A DNA stretch of 63,416 nucleotides, the filler included, from Pelomyxa schiedti (lineage: Eukaryota; Protista; Evosea): the NCBI GenBank assembly GCA_020536535.1. It is 13 parts of 13 records of this genome, joined end to end, with 100 filler letters (N's around TTAATTAATTAA, not from the genome) between each part and the next. Parts side by side here need not be neighbours in the genome. Positions count along the whole stretch, not along the records: positions 28,733 to 42,333 come from JAHLWZ010001190.1; positions 42,434 to 60,266 come from JAHLWZ010001124.1; 11 more parts are not named here. One strand, written 5' to 3'. The notes under the pieces were generated by a model. It saw only the letters and a program-made list of their open reading frames with translations. It made no database searches and was not told the origin of the DNA. Both the position numbers and the translations under genes were made by a program. Of this stretch, positions 38,476 through 51,128 are shown one piece after another (position 1 is the first letter of the stretch; every line of letters begins with the position of its first letter).

Positions 38476-38592
38476 AAATCTTTTCTAAATTAAAGCTTGA
38501 ATTCCAAAAACAAAGCATTCAACAGAACACGAAACGTTCAACATCTGTCAATCGCCAATAACACCGGCGTCGCGCCCCTTTTTTTTTTTTAG

Positions 38593-40707
38593 ATGGGCAG
38601 AGTCAAGGACAAGGCGGTGTGGTTGTGGGGATTGGTTGTAAAGTACGTGTTGGTGTGGGGACACCCAAACGACGCCAAGTTGGTGTACCCTGGTGACTTG
38701 GACGCCTTTTGCTTCACGGTAGTGTTTGTGCTGTCCCACTGAGCAGTGGGGGAAACAAAGTTTTTTTTTTTTTGTAACCAACACCAAAAAAGTTCATTGA
38801 CAATGTGTGCAATTTTTCACTTACGTACACTCTATTGGTCGATTTGATTGGGTTCGACCCATTATTTGTACAACAGCATGTCATTCCTGGTATCTTTTTC
38901 TTCTTTCTTCTCACATTATTTAAAATCAATTCCACAACACAGGTGCCGGGATATGTTTACTACTTGGCAGTTTGTTTTACTGGTGGTTAGCAAGAAGGCT
39001 TGCCCGGTCCACACCAGGCATTTGGGTTACTGCACTTCCTTTTGGAATATCTACGCCATCACAACTTGCTTTTGTGTCATTGATTATGCTACCTGTAGCT
39101 TCCCTTTTGAGTAATACTCCGCACTTGATAATTTCTTGACTCAGGAAAGTTTGAGGTCGAGCAAAGAAGAGGCTTACAATGCTGTTCTTTGTGCTAATCT
39201 CGTCTCAGGAGTGGTTGAATCTTTGACTGCCGTAAGCTAAAATATTTATATAAAAAGCTTAAGTATTTCTTCAGATCTTTGGTGACTTTGTATTGATGTT
39301 TTGCCCTCAACCTGCTCTCTTGTCTGTACTTGCCGGAATAGCGCTTGGTACCCTCTCCGTGTCATCAATATTCAGACTCTTTCAATACCCCTGGGTCGGA
39401 GGTGTCACACTTTTGCTGTTCATTTTTGCACAGACAAGTTCTACTGTGATAAGAGTGAAAAGACTTATTATTCCGTGGAGTTTACTTGCTATACTTGTGG
39501 GAACAGGCATAGGCTGGATTTATGTAGCCGCAGGGCTATACAAGATGCCTACAGAGGACCTCTACGTTGGCTGTTTCTACCCAAGATTAGCTGCACGTAT
39601 TTCATGGGCTAAAATACTACCCCACTCATTGGTCTCAGATCTCGGAAATAATCAGTGGCTTTTTGAATTCTCTAAACTACATATCTGTCTTCCTCCCACT
39701 TGCCTTCATGAATGGAATTGGGTCCCTTCAAGTCATTGCAGCAGCAAGGAAATGTCAAAATTCTTACAGTCAACGAAGTGCTCTTCTGTGCAACGGGATC
39801 ATGTGCGTTATATCGGCATTATTGGGCAATCCCTTCCCGACAACTCTTTTTCTTGGTCACACGACATTCAACCAAATGAGAGCATCCAGTGCTTACATGC
39901 TGTTTGAAGGCGTTGGAATATTCCTGGTTGCGCTCTTTGGTCTTGTGCAACCTATTCTTCTAGCAGTTCCCTTTGAAGCCATCCTTCCAGTAATTGTCGT
40001 TCTTGGGTTTGATATGACGGCGCTTGCCTTTGTCAATGATGATGACTTACCACTGCGATACCCTGGCTCTGAATGCAAGTCTCCTAGACGGCACATTTTC
40101 GCTGTGGCGATGGGTATGACCCCTGCATTGGCTCTTTTAGGAGTACAAGGTGTTCAGGCAGCTTTGATATCAACCGGTAAACTCCTTGAACTCTATCTTG
40201 TATCAACGCAAAAAAAAAAAAAAAAAAGGTGCCGATTGGACTACAACCATTCCCCAAATCGTCAAGAACGGGTATTACATTGGAGGCGCGATAGCACTAT
40301 CCCAGGGCTTCCTACTATCCGGAATGCTACTTTCCGCTGTTGGTGTATTTTTCATAGACCGGCTGTACCTCAAAGCCTCGATTGCATTCGCCATGCTTAG
40401 TGCTCTATCCTGGCTAGGACTCATTCACTCGTATACAATTACACAGACAGGCTACGAATCGCTGTTCGTGGGAATAAACGGAACCTGGATTGCAGCCCCG
40501 GCCTTTGTGGTGTGCTACGCCCTATTTGGTGTTTTCATGCTGTGGCTGTACATTCTGACTCCTGTGTGTGGATTCTGGGTAACAACAAAGCCGTTGGCTG
40601 ACCCACACGGCTACTTTGTTCTTCCTCATTCAACTGAGAGACTCACTCAGAGCGCCCCTGTTGTTCCTTTTGGCAGTTTACACGAAGACACCAACACCAG
40701 CCTCTGA
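38593..40707 (+). CDS. NCS2/AzgA-related xanthine/uracil-type permease, multi-exon
   Basis: PGDLDAFCFT|FIDN, VTALPFGISTP, ALLSVLAGIAL, GNPFPTTLFLGH, LSQGFLLSGMLLS, LSWLGLIHSY; many transmembrane segments. Confidence 0.75.
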
Positions 40708-40793
40708 AAAATGAAAAAAATTCGGTGCAGTGGAAAAAAAAAAAGAAAACAAGAGAGGGGAAGACGGTCCGTATTTTGCCGTGGTTTAGCACT

Positions 40794-41900
40794 ATGGGAG
40801 GTGCGCAGGGGAGTGGTGTCAGTTGTTGCTGTCTGATGGGGCAGTTAGCGAGTTACATGCGAAATCAATGGGTTTTTTTTATTTGCCTGCGTTGTGTCTG
40901 GCCAAAATGCAATGTGAAGCCAAGGCATTCGGGTGCAGAAATGGGAGATCTGCATTCCGGCATGTGGGAGCTACTGTTGGAGCAAGAAAGTGTGCTCATG
41001 GTGCGGTGCCGTGCGTGGGACGATGCTGTTTGTCAGTCGGACTTCAGTTGGTGCGTTTTCGGGAAGCGAACCGTAGATCTTGCTGTGGATTGTTGTGCAT
41101 CACTGGGATTCGTTGCGGCAACCCTTCATGACGCTCTGTGGTTTTGACGTCTTGGTTTTTTTCCTCTCCTTACCTGAAATTAAGTTTGCTGTATTACTGC
41201 TGCACGCACTCTGAGATCCAGCAAAGGTTCTATTTCCCTCCCACTTCTTTTCCTCAACAACAGTGGTAGGCATCCTTCTGAGCTCATTACACTGGCTTGT
41301 ATCCTTGTATCCGCGAAAAAGCATGAAACCAGGAAAAAATGGGTTCCTATCCTCCTTGGTTAAGCTGTCTGCTGTAGAATGCTCCATCTACTAAATAGAA
41401 GCTAGAACACGCAGGTTACCCAAGTCATGCAAGAAATGAACTCTTCCTTTGTGAGGTTGAGGTGTGCCGTGCCTTGGACATGCATCTCAATATCGGCCCC
41501 GAGTTTTGTGACCTAGTTCACATGGAATGCATATTGTATAATCAAGAGCACAGCAGGCCCCTTTGCCTCCTCTGTGAGAAAATGGTGTACTTGCTCTGTC
41601 AGAACTTTGAGGCGTGGTTCACTTGTGGTTCACTGCATTTGCTGTCACTTGCTTTGATCGTGGCTGCTGCCTCAGTACAAGATGGAAATAGAGCAACTGG
41701 TACCCTTGGTTGGGGTAGTTCCTCCTCTCCGTTGCGTTATTAAGCTGACACGCAGTAGTTACCTCTCGATACCACCAGAGAGTTAGTGAAGTGAGTACAC
41801 TTTCCAATAGAATTCTTTGTTCAGGTTCCATCTGCAATCCATTGGGTTTTCCTCACCGTTTTAGTATTTTCTCCTGCACCAGTGCCTGTACAACTCCTGT
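40794..41900 (+). CDS. Putative cyclin-fold protein, multi-exon (ends uncertain)
   Basis: VDLAVDCCASLGFVAATLHDAL and VEVCRALDMHLNI resemble cyclin-box helices. Confidence 0.4.
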
Positions 41901-41964
41901 TTTAACACTCATAACAAGGGAAAACAAAAGAGGAGCTCCTCATTTTCAACTTCATTATTTGTAT

Positions 41965-42333
41965 TTATGGTTTATCGGTGTGCATCTCCACAGAATCGGC
42001 AGTGATAGTGGAAGTCACAACAGGTTGTTCATTTGCCGGGAATTCCTCGAGAGGGAAGTCACCATCTGCAGCGGCAGTGGGCTCGGTTGTCAGCCCCTGT
42101 GCTTGTACCTTCTTGACGTCCTGGTATTTGACTGCCATATCATGTTAGTGATGGGGGTGTTTCATTGAACAGAAAAAGCAAGGGAGGAAGAAGGGAGGGG
42201 AAATAAACATCAACAGCATACTTGCGTCCTTGACGGGAAGGAACACGATGACGAGAACGTAAATGTACAGGTTGGGAAGCGTGATCGTCGTCAGGAACTT
42301 GGCCGCGTTGTTCTCGACGGCGGGGTGTGACAG
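41965..42333 (-). CDS. 3' fragment of a TMEM181/Wntless-like membrane protein
   Basis: ENNAAKFLTTITLPNLYIYVLVIVFLPVKDA|IKYQDV..KP* resembles the last TM segment of TMEM181 (NSAEFL..NFYLYTLAFVYSP). Confidence 0.55.
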
Positions 42334-42433
42334 NNNNNNNNNNNNNNNNNNNNNNNNNNNNNNNNNNNNNNNNNNNNTTAATTAATTAANNNNNNNNNNN
42401 NNNNNNNNNNNNNNNNNNNNNNNNNNNNNNNNN

Positions 42434-43128
42434 GTCCAGTCTGTTTTCATGTTGGGCGCTTTGATGTGGAAGTCAAAGCAACAAGCTTCAGCAAAATGGT
42501 TCCATCACACGCCGTGATGCTTGTGCAATCCAATGAGGATCAACTCAAGGGTCAATTCGTCGTTGTTGACGTGGCTGCGATGTACCTCACAAAGAAACTT
42601 CAAGTGTTGAGCACAACAAACTTTCGTGCCCAAGAGATGCTTGGCACTGATGGCGTAGTGGACGATTGTCTGATGATGGAGACACCTAAAGCCGGTCAAC
42701 CTGTGTTTATCGTTGCTACCTACAATGACCATCATGAGGGAGAAGACATTGTAGTTCGTTGTTTGAATCCCAATGGAGTGGCTGCGGAACTATCCAGTAC
42801 AGGCTATGTTAGCGATGCAGTTCTATTCCAAGTGGATGCCTCCCGCTTCGCCGTCAACCCGATGTTTGAACCTCTTGAGTTATGGGACATCAGTGACACA
42901 ACCAAGGAACTTCCCACAATCAACCCTGAAGGAGTTTGTGTGAGTATGAGCAGCATAGTGGGTGGGGGATTTCTGCTTCGATTTTATCCGCCCCAAGATC
43001 CAAAACTTACGTACCAAGTTATGCACTTGATTGAAGTGGCATCAAGGAATACCGTTGCACGCATCGAGTTTCTTGCCCCTGGTTGGTGCATCTACGACAT
43101 CTTTCAGGAGGGCTGTTACTTGTGGTAG
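42434..43128 (+). CDS. 3' fragment of a hypothetical protein
   Basis: 220-aa beta-rich open frame running from the contig edge. No family recognised. Confidence 0.55.
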
Positions 43129-43222
43129 ATGATACAGAAAAACAACAAAGAGTCTGAATTTGGCTTCACCAAACCCTCGTGACACCGACGCCTGCGACGG
43201 AACACGTGTCCTGGGGCACTCC

Positions 43223-44795
43223 TCAAAAAACTCTTGTGAAGCACACAACCAAAATTTTTTTTCCTTGTAATTGTTGAAACTTGGGTGAAAATTCCTGCTT
43301 TTCCATTTCCACTGTGAAATTTGACACATTACTGTTGGTATTAAGGCAAGAGTCCCATGAATGTGGATATAACATCCGGATGCCAAATGCAATTCCAGTG
43401 ATGACGGGGGGTAATGACGAAGCCACCCGGCTGGTGTAGATTGCTGCACGAGGGAAATAGGTGGATGAGGTTGGCTGCAAGTGATAGGGCTATGAGAGGG
43501 TATACACTGATCAGATTCAATATTGGGTAAAGTGTAACCACTGTTTAATGATTCAGGCGTACCAAGTTCTTGTCCCAGAACCCCAGCCACCACCAACTCC
43601 AGTGTACGTGGCCCAGGTGAGTATTACAAGTGGATCTGCGGCCCCACAGAAAAAGTAACCACACATTACTAGCATACTATCTTTCTTCTCATGGGCATAA
43701 AGAGCCCGGCAAACACTATTTGCCTCAGAGAAATTCTTATTCCTTACTGGAGTCAGAGCGTCTGTTGCCAGCATATTACAAATGATCAAATGGGAAGATA
43801 CAAATACCAGGCATATTATATTGAACTGCGTAAGCATAAGTGGTTGATGTCACCAGTATTGTTAATCCAGATAGGTGGAACCCCCAAGCATCATTAGGTG
43901 AGAACAAAACACCTCTGGTGGAAGCTAGCACTATTTGAGGTTTAATTGGCCCAGAGATCATCAATGCAATGAACACTGTCATTAGCATAAGTGCAAATCC
44001 CGCAAATCGATAGACAGTCAAAGTATTTGCTGTGTCACGTCCAGAAAAGACATTGTAACTACGTAAGCCCCAAAAAGCACTGCGGATTCATAGTATGCAC
44101 TTCGACAAACTGGGGATGGATCTTTGTAGATGTCACAGTGGCCTTTTTCGGAAGGGACAAATTCAAGAGCCAGACTGGAAAGTGATTACGAAAAAACACT
44201 CACACTTGCCCAATATGAGGCCAGAGCCATCTCCGAAACAATTTGTCCACCCAAGCCAGAGAAAATATCACAGAATTTCGTGTAATCAAACTTCTCGTAT
44301 ACGAGGAGATCATTGAAAGGTTTCCTGCCGCTTGATTCACCAGCAAAATGCCCACATGTGATATGTTGGTACCCTTGTGCCCTCGCCATCAGTTCTAGAA
44401 CCCTGTTTGGTGATTAGATTACGTACAAGTTGATAGTAACAGTTAGCTTCCCAACAACATGACAAAAACGTAAGGCTGAACATAATCAGCACTGTTAATA
44501 CAATTCCAAAGGGAATACCGGCTTTCCTAAATCACCATGACAGCGAATAAAACACCTTGGGCCCTCACCAAAATGTGTACGGTAGACCAAAGACTCCGGT
44601 TCCTACGATGCAATTGACAATAACAGCGTAACCAGCGAATGAGCTGTAATATGTGTTGCACGAGGCACCATTGCGATGCTCTGCCAAAACATCATCAGAG
44701 CCATAGTAACGTTCCGTAAGTTTGAAAGGTACCAACAGTCTTAGTACACGTGATAAAAGCATGGCCTCAACGGGCATATGCCTAGCTACTCCCAT
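43223..44795 (-). CDS. Amino-acid transporter (Aa_trans/TMEM104-like), multi-exon, 3' end uncertain
   Basis: YSSFAGYAVIVNCIVGTGVFGLPYTF, VLELMARAQG, YRFAGFALMLMT, NLISVYPLIALSLAANL. Confidence 0.8.
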
Positions 44796-45030
44796 CAACT
44801 CTAGCACCACAAGAAACAGATCCAACAAGTCACAACGAGATCCACGCCACTGCCTGTTTTTTTGCAAAATGACCACATTCGTAACACCACGCTTGAGAAA
44901 CGCCGCAGGGAAATCACTTCAATTTTTTTTCCTTTTTTTTCCTTCCGTTTGAAGGCAGAACAAAAACAATTCCCGTTCAGTTGCAAGAACCGATTAATTA
45001 AATTGAATCGGATCTGCGGGCGTAGCGACA

Positions 45031-48000
45031 ATGGCACGCAAGGCAAAGAAAAAGGGAAAGGAACGACTTGATAAGTTAGTGGCATTCCTGTTTGTGTTGT
45101 TTAGATCTCACTCTCGCCACATAGGTACTACTACCTTGCTAAACAGCAAGGGTATCGCGCTCGTTCGGCTTTCAAGTTGATACAGCTCAATAAGAAATTC
45201 GGATTTCTGGATAAATGTCGTTGCCTCATTGACTTGTGTGCCGCGCCTGGAGGATGGTACTTTTTCCCCCTGTGTTAATATTAAGTGTTACGTTGGATCG
45301 TATACTGCCTGGACCATTCATGGTCAACCTTGAATTTAGGCTCCAAGTTGCCTCCAAGAATATGCCAATTCAGTCTACCATTGTGGGAATTGATTTGGTT
45401 CCGATCAAGCCCATCCGAAATGTGAGCACTCTGGCTCAGGACATTACAACAAGCGAGTGCAGAGAACAAATTAAAAAGATTATTCATAAGCAGAAGGCTG
45501 AAGTGTATGCCTTCACGAGCCTTTTTTTACATACATTTACTAAGTTGTACCTTCCAGGGTTTTGCATGACGGGTCTCCTAGTATGGGTACACAATGGGAA
45601 GCTGATGCCTACTCACAGGCATATCTGGTTTTAGCTGCATTGAAACTGGCAACAGACTTTCTTGCCCCAAATGGTAAAATTTTTTCCGCGGACCTCTACT
45701 GCACTCTTACGACATGTGAAGGTTGGTTTATTTCAAAAGTTTTCAGATCAGCGGATTACAACGCACTGATTTACGTTTTCTCCAAGCTCTTCAAGAAGGT
45801 GTGCCATTGTACCAAACCCCTTTTTTTTTCCCCTGTCTCAAATCACAATAGGTTACTGCAACCAAGCCTTCTGCATCAAGGTACAAACTTACTCTTGTTT
45901 CTCCCTTTCTAACACTCTAAAGAAATACATCTGCAGAGGTGAGATTTTGAGTTTTCAATTTCAGTTTAAAAAGATTGTTAACACGGAACTCTTTAGGTCT
46001 TTGTCGTATGTCAAGGCTATCTGGCACCTCCACACCTCAACAAGCAGCTTCTCAACCCACGATTCGTATTCAAGGAGGAAAATCTCACTGCCCCTGGAAT
46101 GCCAGGATACATCTCACGCAAAATGTTGTTCGAGGGAAAAAGACCCAAGGCTTTGGGTTACGATAAAATGACCACAAGCCAGTCCTTGATCACCAATGCT
46201 CGCACTGTTGCTGAGTTTGTCCACACGAAAAATCCAATTCATCTTCTGGCATATTGCACTGCCTTCACATATGACGATGAAGAATCCAAACGGTGAATAT
46301 CCTTGACATTTTGCATTATCTGACCTTTCACTAAGATTCCTCGCACTTCCTTTTACCAAACCCCATTTTGCAGACCAACTTGCTGACCTGAAATTACTTG
46401 GAAGAGGGGCGTTTAAGGCACTGCTTCGATGGCGTGAAAAAGTTATTAAAGTGCGCTAGTCCAGTCTTGTCACATTTCAAATTAATAGCTCCCAAGTTCC
46501 TTGAAGGTGAAAAAGCTGCTGAAGCTAAACGATTAGCTTCTTTGCATGTTCCAACTCCTGAAGAAAGGCAGCAAGCCCTTCTAAAAGAGGTTTATTTGCC
46601 ACCCAAAATGTGTACAATTAATGGTTGTAGCTTGAAGAAAAAGAAAATGCTATCTATTCCCGTGAAAAGCGCAAACAAAAAAAAAAGTTGCGTGTACAAG
46701 AGAAGACAATAGAAAAACAAAAGTCCCAACTTGAAAAAGACAATGCCTCATCCATTGACATTACAGACGATGGTTTATTTGCACTGAACAAACTGCCACA
46801 GGAAGTAAGTGTTGATTTTAAATGTAATCCTCTACCCATGTGAAAAGACACTGGATGAAGTCATGGATGGCTCCACAGATGCGCGTGCTGTGAAAGAGGT
46901 TATGCAGGAGCAGGCAAAGGAATTGGTACCTGTGAAAGAATCAGTGCCAAATCCCTCCTTAACTCCCGAAGAAGCGTTTAAAGCAAAAGAGGATCTCTTG
47001 GATCTTATGTAGGTATTTTGATTTATCAAACTTGTTAAACTGGTGCAGGTATGCTAAATACCTCGAAGAGAGGAAAATGGATAAACACACAAAAAAACGT
47101 CTGCATTTCAAGTTAGACAAAAAAAAAATTTCTGTACCCATTGCAGAAAAGAGGGTGAGTCGCAACGAGGTTCCTACTGACAATATCCGACTTCCAAAAC
47201 CTCTAGAAGGTTCCTCTTCTTGATTGCTATGCATTATCCTTACTGAAATCTAGAAAATGCTCCCCCTGAAATTGACACGGAGGACATGGGGACTGGTATC
47301 AAAACTTCATATATTAGTTTGTCTAATTGTATTCATCAAGGGGAGAATGAACTCCTTGTCGATCTAAAGGGCAGTGCTTCTAAACAGACATCTTTGTGGT
47401 TCAGCAAAGATTGCTTTAAAGATGTCCTTGAAGAAGTTAGTTGGAAACTTATTCAGTGACAATTCTCAACCCATCCACAGGAAGAAGAAGAAGAAGAACC
47501 CCCGGTAAATAATACAGAAGACGACGGTTCGGACAAAATCACTCGCAAGCGCGCACGAGAAAACACAAAGGAAACAAAGAAAGGAAAGACAAATAACACC
47601 AGTAGCACCACTAGAAGCAAAACCAGTGAGCTCGACACCAAGACGATTGAGGGCTCAAACAATGATCCATCCAAATTCTTTCTTCCCTCTGAACCAACCA
47701 ACAAAAAGAGACGAGTAAAGGCTACAATTGAGGATGAGGTATATCCCCCAGTCCAATCCCACAAACACTTATATCCTCACACTAACAATACAGATAAAAC
47801 CTGAACCCTCTTCCTCCAAGAAACGAGGAAAAACCAAAAGCCAGCCTCAGTTTGAGGAAGTACCGGAGGAAGCTGACTTGGTGCCTGAAGCAGAAGATGA
47901 GACCGGCACTGAGAAGAAAGCAAATCCCGAAGAAGAATTCGATGACGATATGAGGAGGTTCGAATGGGACACAATGAGAGGCGCTGAGGAATCTCAAGGA

Positions 48001-48946
48001 CTCGGCCCTCAAATGGTTTCCATCATCCAATTGTGTTCAAACTAACACTTGAAGGGTAAATATAAACTTCAACAAGCACTAGCCCTTGGAACACAGATGG
48101 TTACAAGCAAGAAAGCTCGTATGCGCATGGTAGACGACTTGTACAACAGGGATGCTTGGAGTGAGCTGAACGCCCCTTCATGGCAAGTGTTCCACTTACG
48201 GCTTCCTGCCTATGACACTGCTCCCTCAGGTTCCTGGACAAAATCGTGAAGTACAGTCGAAGAACCATTCCTGTGGACGAAACTGTTCTGGACAAAGTAA
48301 AGGAGCGGTTCTTGGATATCAATGCACGGCCAATTAAGAAAATCGCTGAAGCCAAGGCCAGAAAGAAGATGAGGGTGTGTAGCATCCCTATTTTCAATCC
48401 TTTGTATCTAACATTGTGGCAGCTTGAGAAACAACTCGAAAAAATGAGAGACAGGGCAACAAAGATTGCCTCCAACTCCGAGCTGAGCACTCAAGACAAG
48501 ATGAAACAACTTGACCAACTGTACAAAGTTGCAGCTCGCAAGAGGAAGTCCTCAAAGCGAGGCAAGGTGCTCGTATGCGGACCCTCCAGAAAGCGCATAG
48601 GAGGAGCAGAGCGTGGAAGGACCGTGGTATGTGTACCTCCCTTGTTAGTTTATGCATTCATTTTGCCGAGTTTTACTAACCAACACCCCTCCTCTCTACA
48701 CCATTTCACTGTGGTAGATTGTGGATAGGAGAATGAAAAGTATGTACCCACACTCCTCCCTCTAATTACACTAACCGTGCCACTCTCACAGAGGACAAAC
48801 GAGCCCAGATGAAAGCATCTGCCACAAAGGCTCAAAAACACAGGCAACACAAAGCAGCACTTGGAATCAGTGGCAAAAAGAAGAAACACAAATCCAGTGG
48901 TGCCAACACCAAGGGCAAGAAGAAGGGAGGCAAAAAATCCAGCTAG
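45031..48946 (+). CDS. SPB1: 27S pre-rRNA 2'-O-methyltransferase Spb1/FTSJ3, about 20 exons
   Basis: [101 protein letters not shown]. Confidence 0.96.
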
Positions 48947-49109
48947 ACGGTGTCATTGCCAAGTTGAGAAAAATTTACCACCAAAATGAAAAAGTAACTA
49001 AAGGTGGTGATGAAGGTTTTGGAAATAAAGAGCTCTTTTTTTACATTTTACTGTCGTGCTCACACTATACATCAAAACTTGCTGAAACAAACCTTTGGCT
49101 ATCTGAGTG

Positions 49110-50491
49110 CTAAAAGCTCTCAAACGTGGCGAGAAAGCCAAGTAAATAGGTGGATACAGGGTCGACTCCAATACAGTTTTTTGATGGAGTACGGACCCAC
49201 TCCATGAACAGCTTTGGTCCATTTCTTGCCTTCTCTATTGTGTCATAGGTAGTAGCCATCACAATAAAGGTGTCTGATTGGCAGTTGTTGTCTATGATGA
49301 CGTGCTGGACGGCCAGAGCGCCGCTGGAAGCCAGGTCCTGGCCCGCGTTGCAGAATGAAAGGCATACCAGTTTGTCCACACTTGTCCGAGGCATATGCCA
49401 AACACACAGGCGTACAATGATTGGAGGGAGACCTGTTGTGTAGTTGGAACATGTAAAGACGCGGAGTTACATACAGGAAAACCTCTCAAGCCAAGGAGGT
49501 GATGCCTTTGGAGAAACAGGTGACAGTTTGGATAGTGGGGAAGAAGGACTAGTGGCTGATGAGCTTGAGTACTTACAAGGAGCACGCGATCTGAGACTAA
49601 ATGGTGTACTAATAGATGACCCAGCGCAGTTTGGAAAGGATACAAGCATATTCAAATCACTGGATAAGTGATCTCTAAAAAAGAGAGAAGACGTGAGAAG
49701 GGTTGTACCCGTAGTGAAAGGTTAAGTGCCTGGTAGGTACCTTGACGACTTGCACAGAGATGTTAACAAAAACAGGTATTTTTCTCTTCCAGTTTTACTG
49801 TCAACACGCGGTACTTTTTCAAGAGCTGAGACAGAAATAACTTTTCCTGTATCAGTTGAACAAGAGTAACACTTTATTTCTGTCACTGGTAGAGTTGTAA
49901 GGGAAAGTGAGGTAAACTAGTGGAAAATATACTTGAAGAAGAACCATAAGCAAAAGCTTTGCAAGCAGTAACAGCATCAAACAATGAAGTCTCAGTCAAC
50001 CCATGGTGTAGGCGCCATTCTTTTTGAACGGTGACAGTGACCTTCAAATAGTTATTTGATTGAATTTAGCAGAATTGTCAGATACTTTCTTCGCAGTTAG
50101 AAATTAACGTTACCTTCACGGGGTGCCGGATATAAACAATGCGATCCAGAATTATGGTCGGCTTGTGAAGCGCAACCGGCTGGGGTGCTTGCAAGGAATT
50201 TGAATTTTGAGAGACTGTGTCAAGTGTAGGATTCTGAACGAACCATGGTGTACTGTTGTATGCGGAGGTAACAGCAGCAATATTTTCGCCGTTTACGTTA
50301 CCTAACGAGCGTGCAGTAAGCGACGCAGATCCGTAGAGATCCACGGCCGCTGGTGTTCGGATTTCGTTCGTTTCCGGAGAAACGCACGGACTGGCGGCAG
50401 ATAACTTTGCAGCCCCGGAAAAGTACTGCACAACGTTGTCGGAGATGGTTAAAACTCCGTCGTGCCCGAGCGAGATGGTTTGCGTCTCCAT
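49110..50491 (-). CDS. Putative CudA-like DNA-binding protein, multi-exon
   Basis: IVYIRHPVK|VTVTV..EIKCYSC..KVISV..EKYLF..LCKSSRYL resembles the amoebozoan CudA core (CxxC..C.SSR). Assigned from recalled family pattern only. Confidence 0.4.
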
Positions 50492-51128
50492 CAAACAGAT
50501 TTTTTTCTTGCAAAAGCGTATGTTTCAGAAATTTCTGTTCAGTTTCGTGATGCGAATTGATTGCCCTGCGAAATTGTTTCACTGCCGTTTTGGGTTGTTG
50601 ATCAGCACCAAGAGGGCGCCAGCAACAGCGACTCAGGAGATACTAGATGAGACCAAATAACAAGCTTACTAATGCCGAGTCCAGAACCAGATTGCAGTTG
50701 CGCAATAAGAAATCTCAATCACTCCCAGAGTTAATACAAAATAAAAAATAGGTAACAAGCTGATGTCTTATCCCGGGGCGCCGCCCATCTGTGAGTGTGA
50801 CATAAAACCCCGGACAACACATCGTCACTTTTTTTCGTTTACTTTTTTTTTATATTTTTTAAAAACCAACGCGCACACTGTCGACGCTGATGTCTTTCCT
50901 TCAATCTCTTTACCTTCAATCTCAAGCGGCACAATCAGGGGCACAAGATCGGAACAGAGTACCTCAACAAGTACGTTTATCTTCCTTTTCGCGGTGTGGG
51001 ACTTTACTGTGGCTAACTTGTGCATTCGAATATCTTCACTTTATTTCGTTTTGCTTTGTTTTCTTATTTATTCTCTTATTACACCCTTTTCTAACATTGT
51101 GTAGCCAGCAAACACAAGTACCTACGCT

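Noticed and set aside
45031-48946. Stop-codon reassignment or pseudogenisation explaining fragmented ORFs
   Set aside because: Short GT/GC-AG introns restore the frames, and TAA, TAG and TGA all terminate conserved genes in this window.
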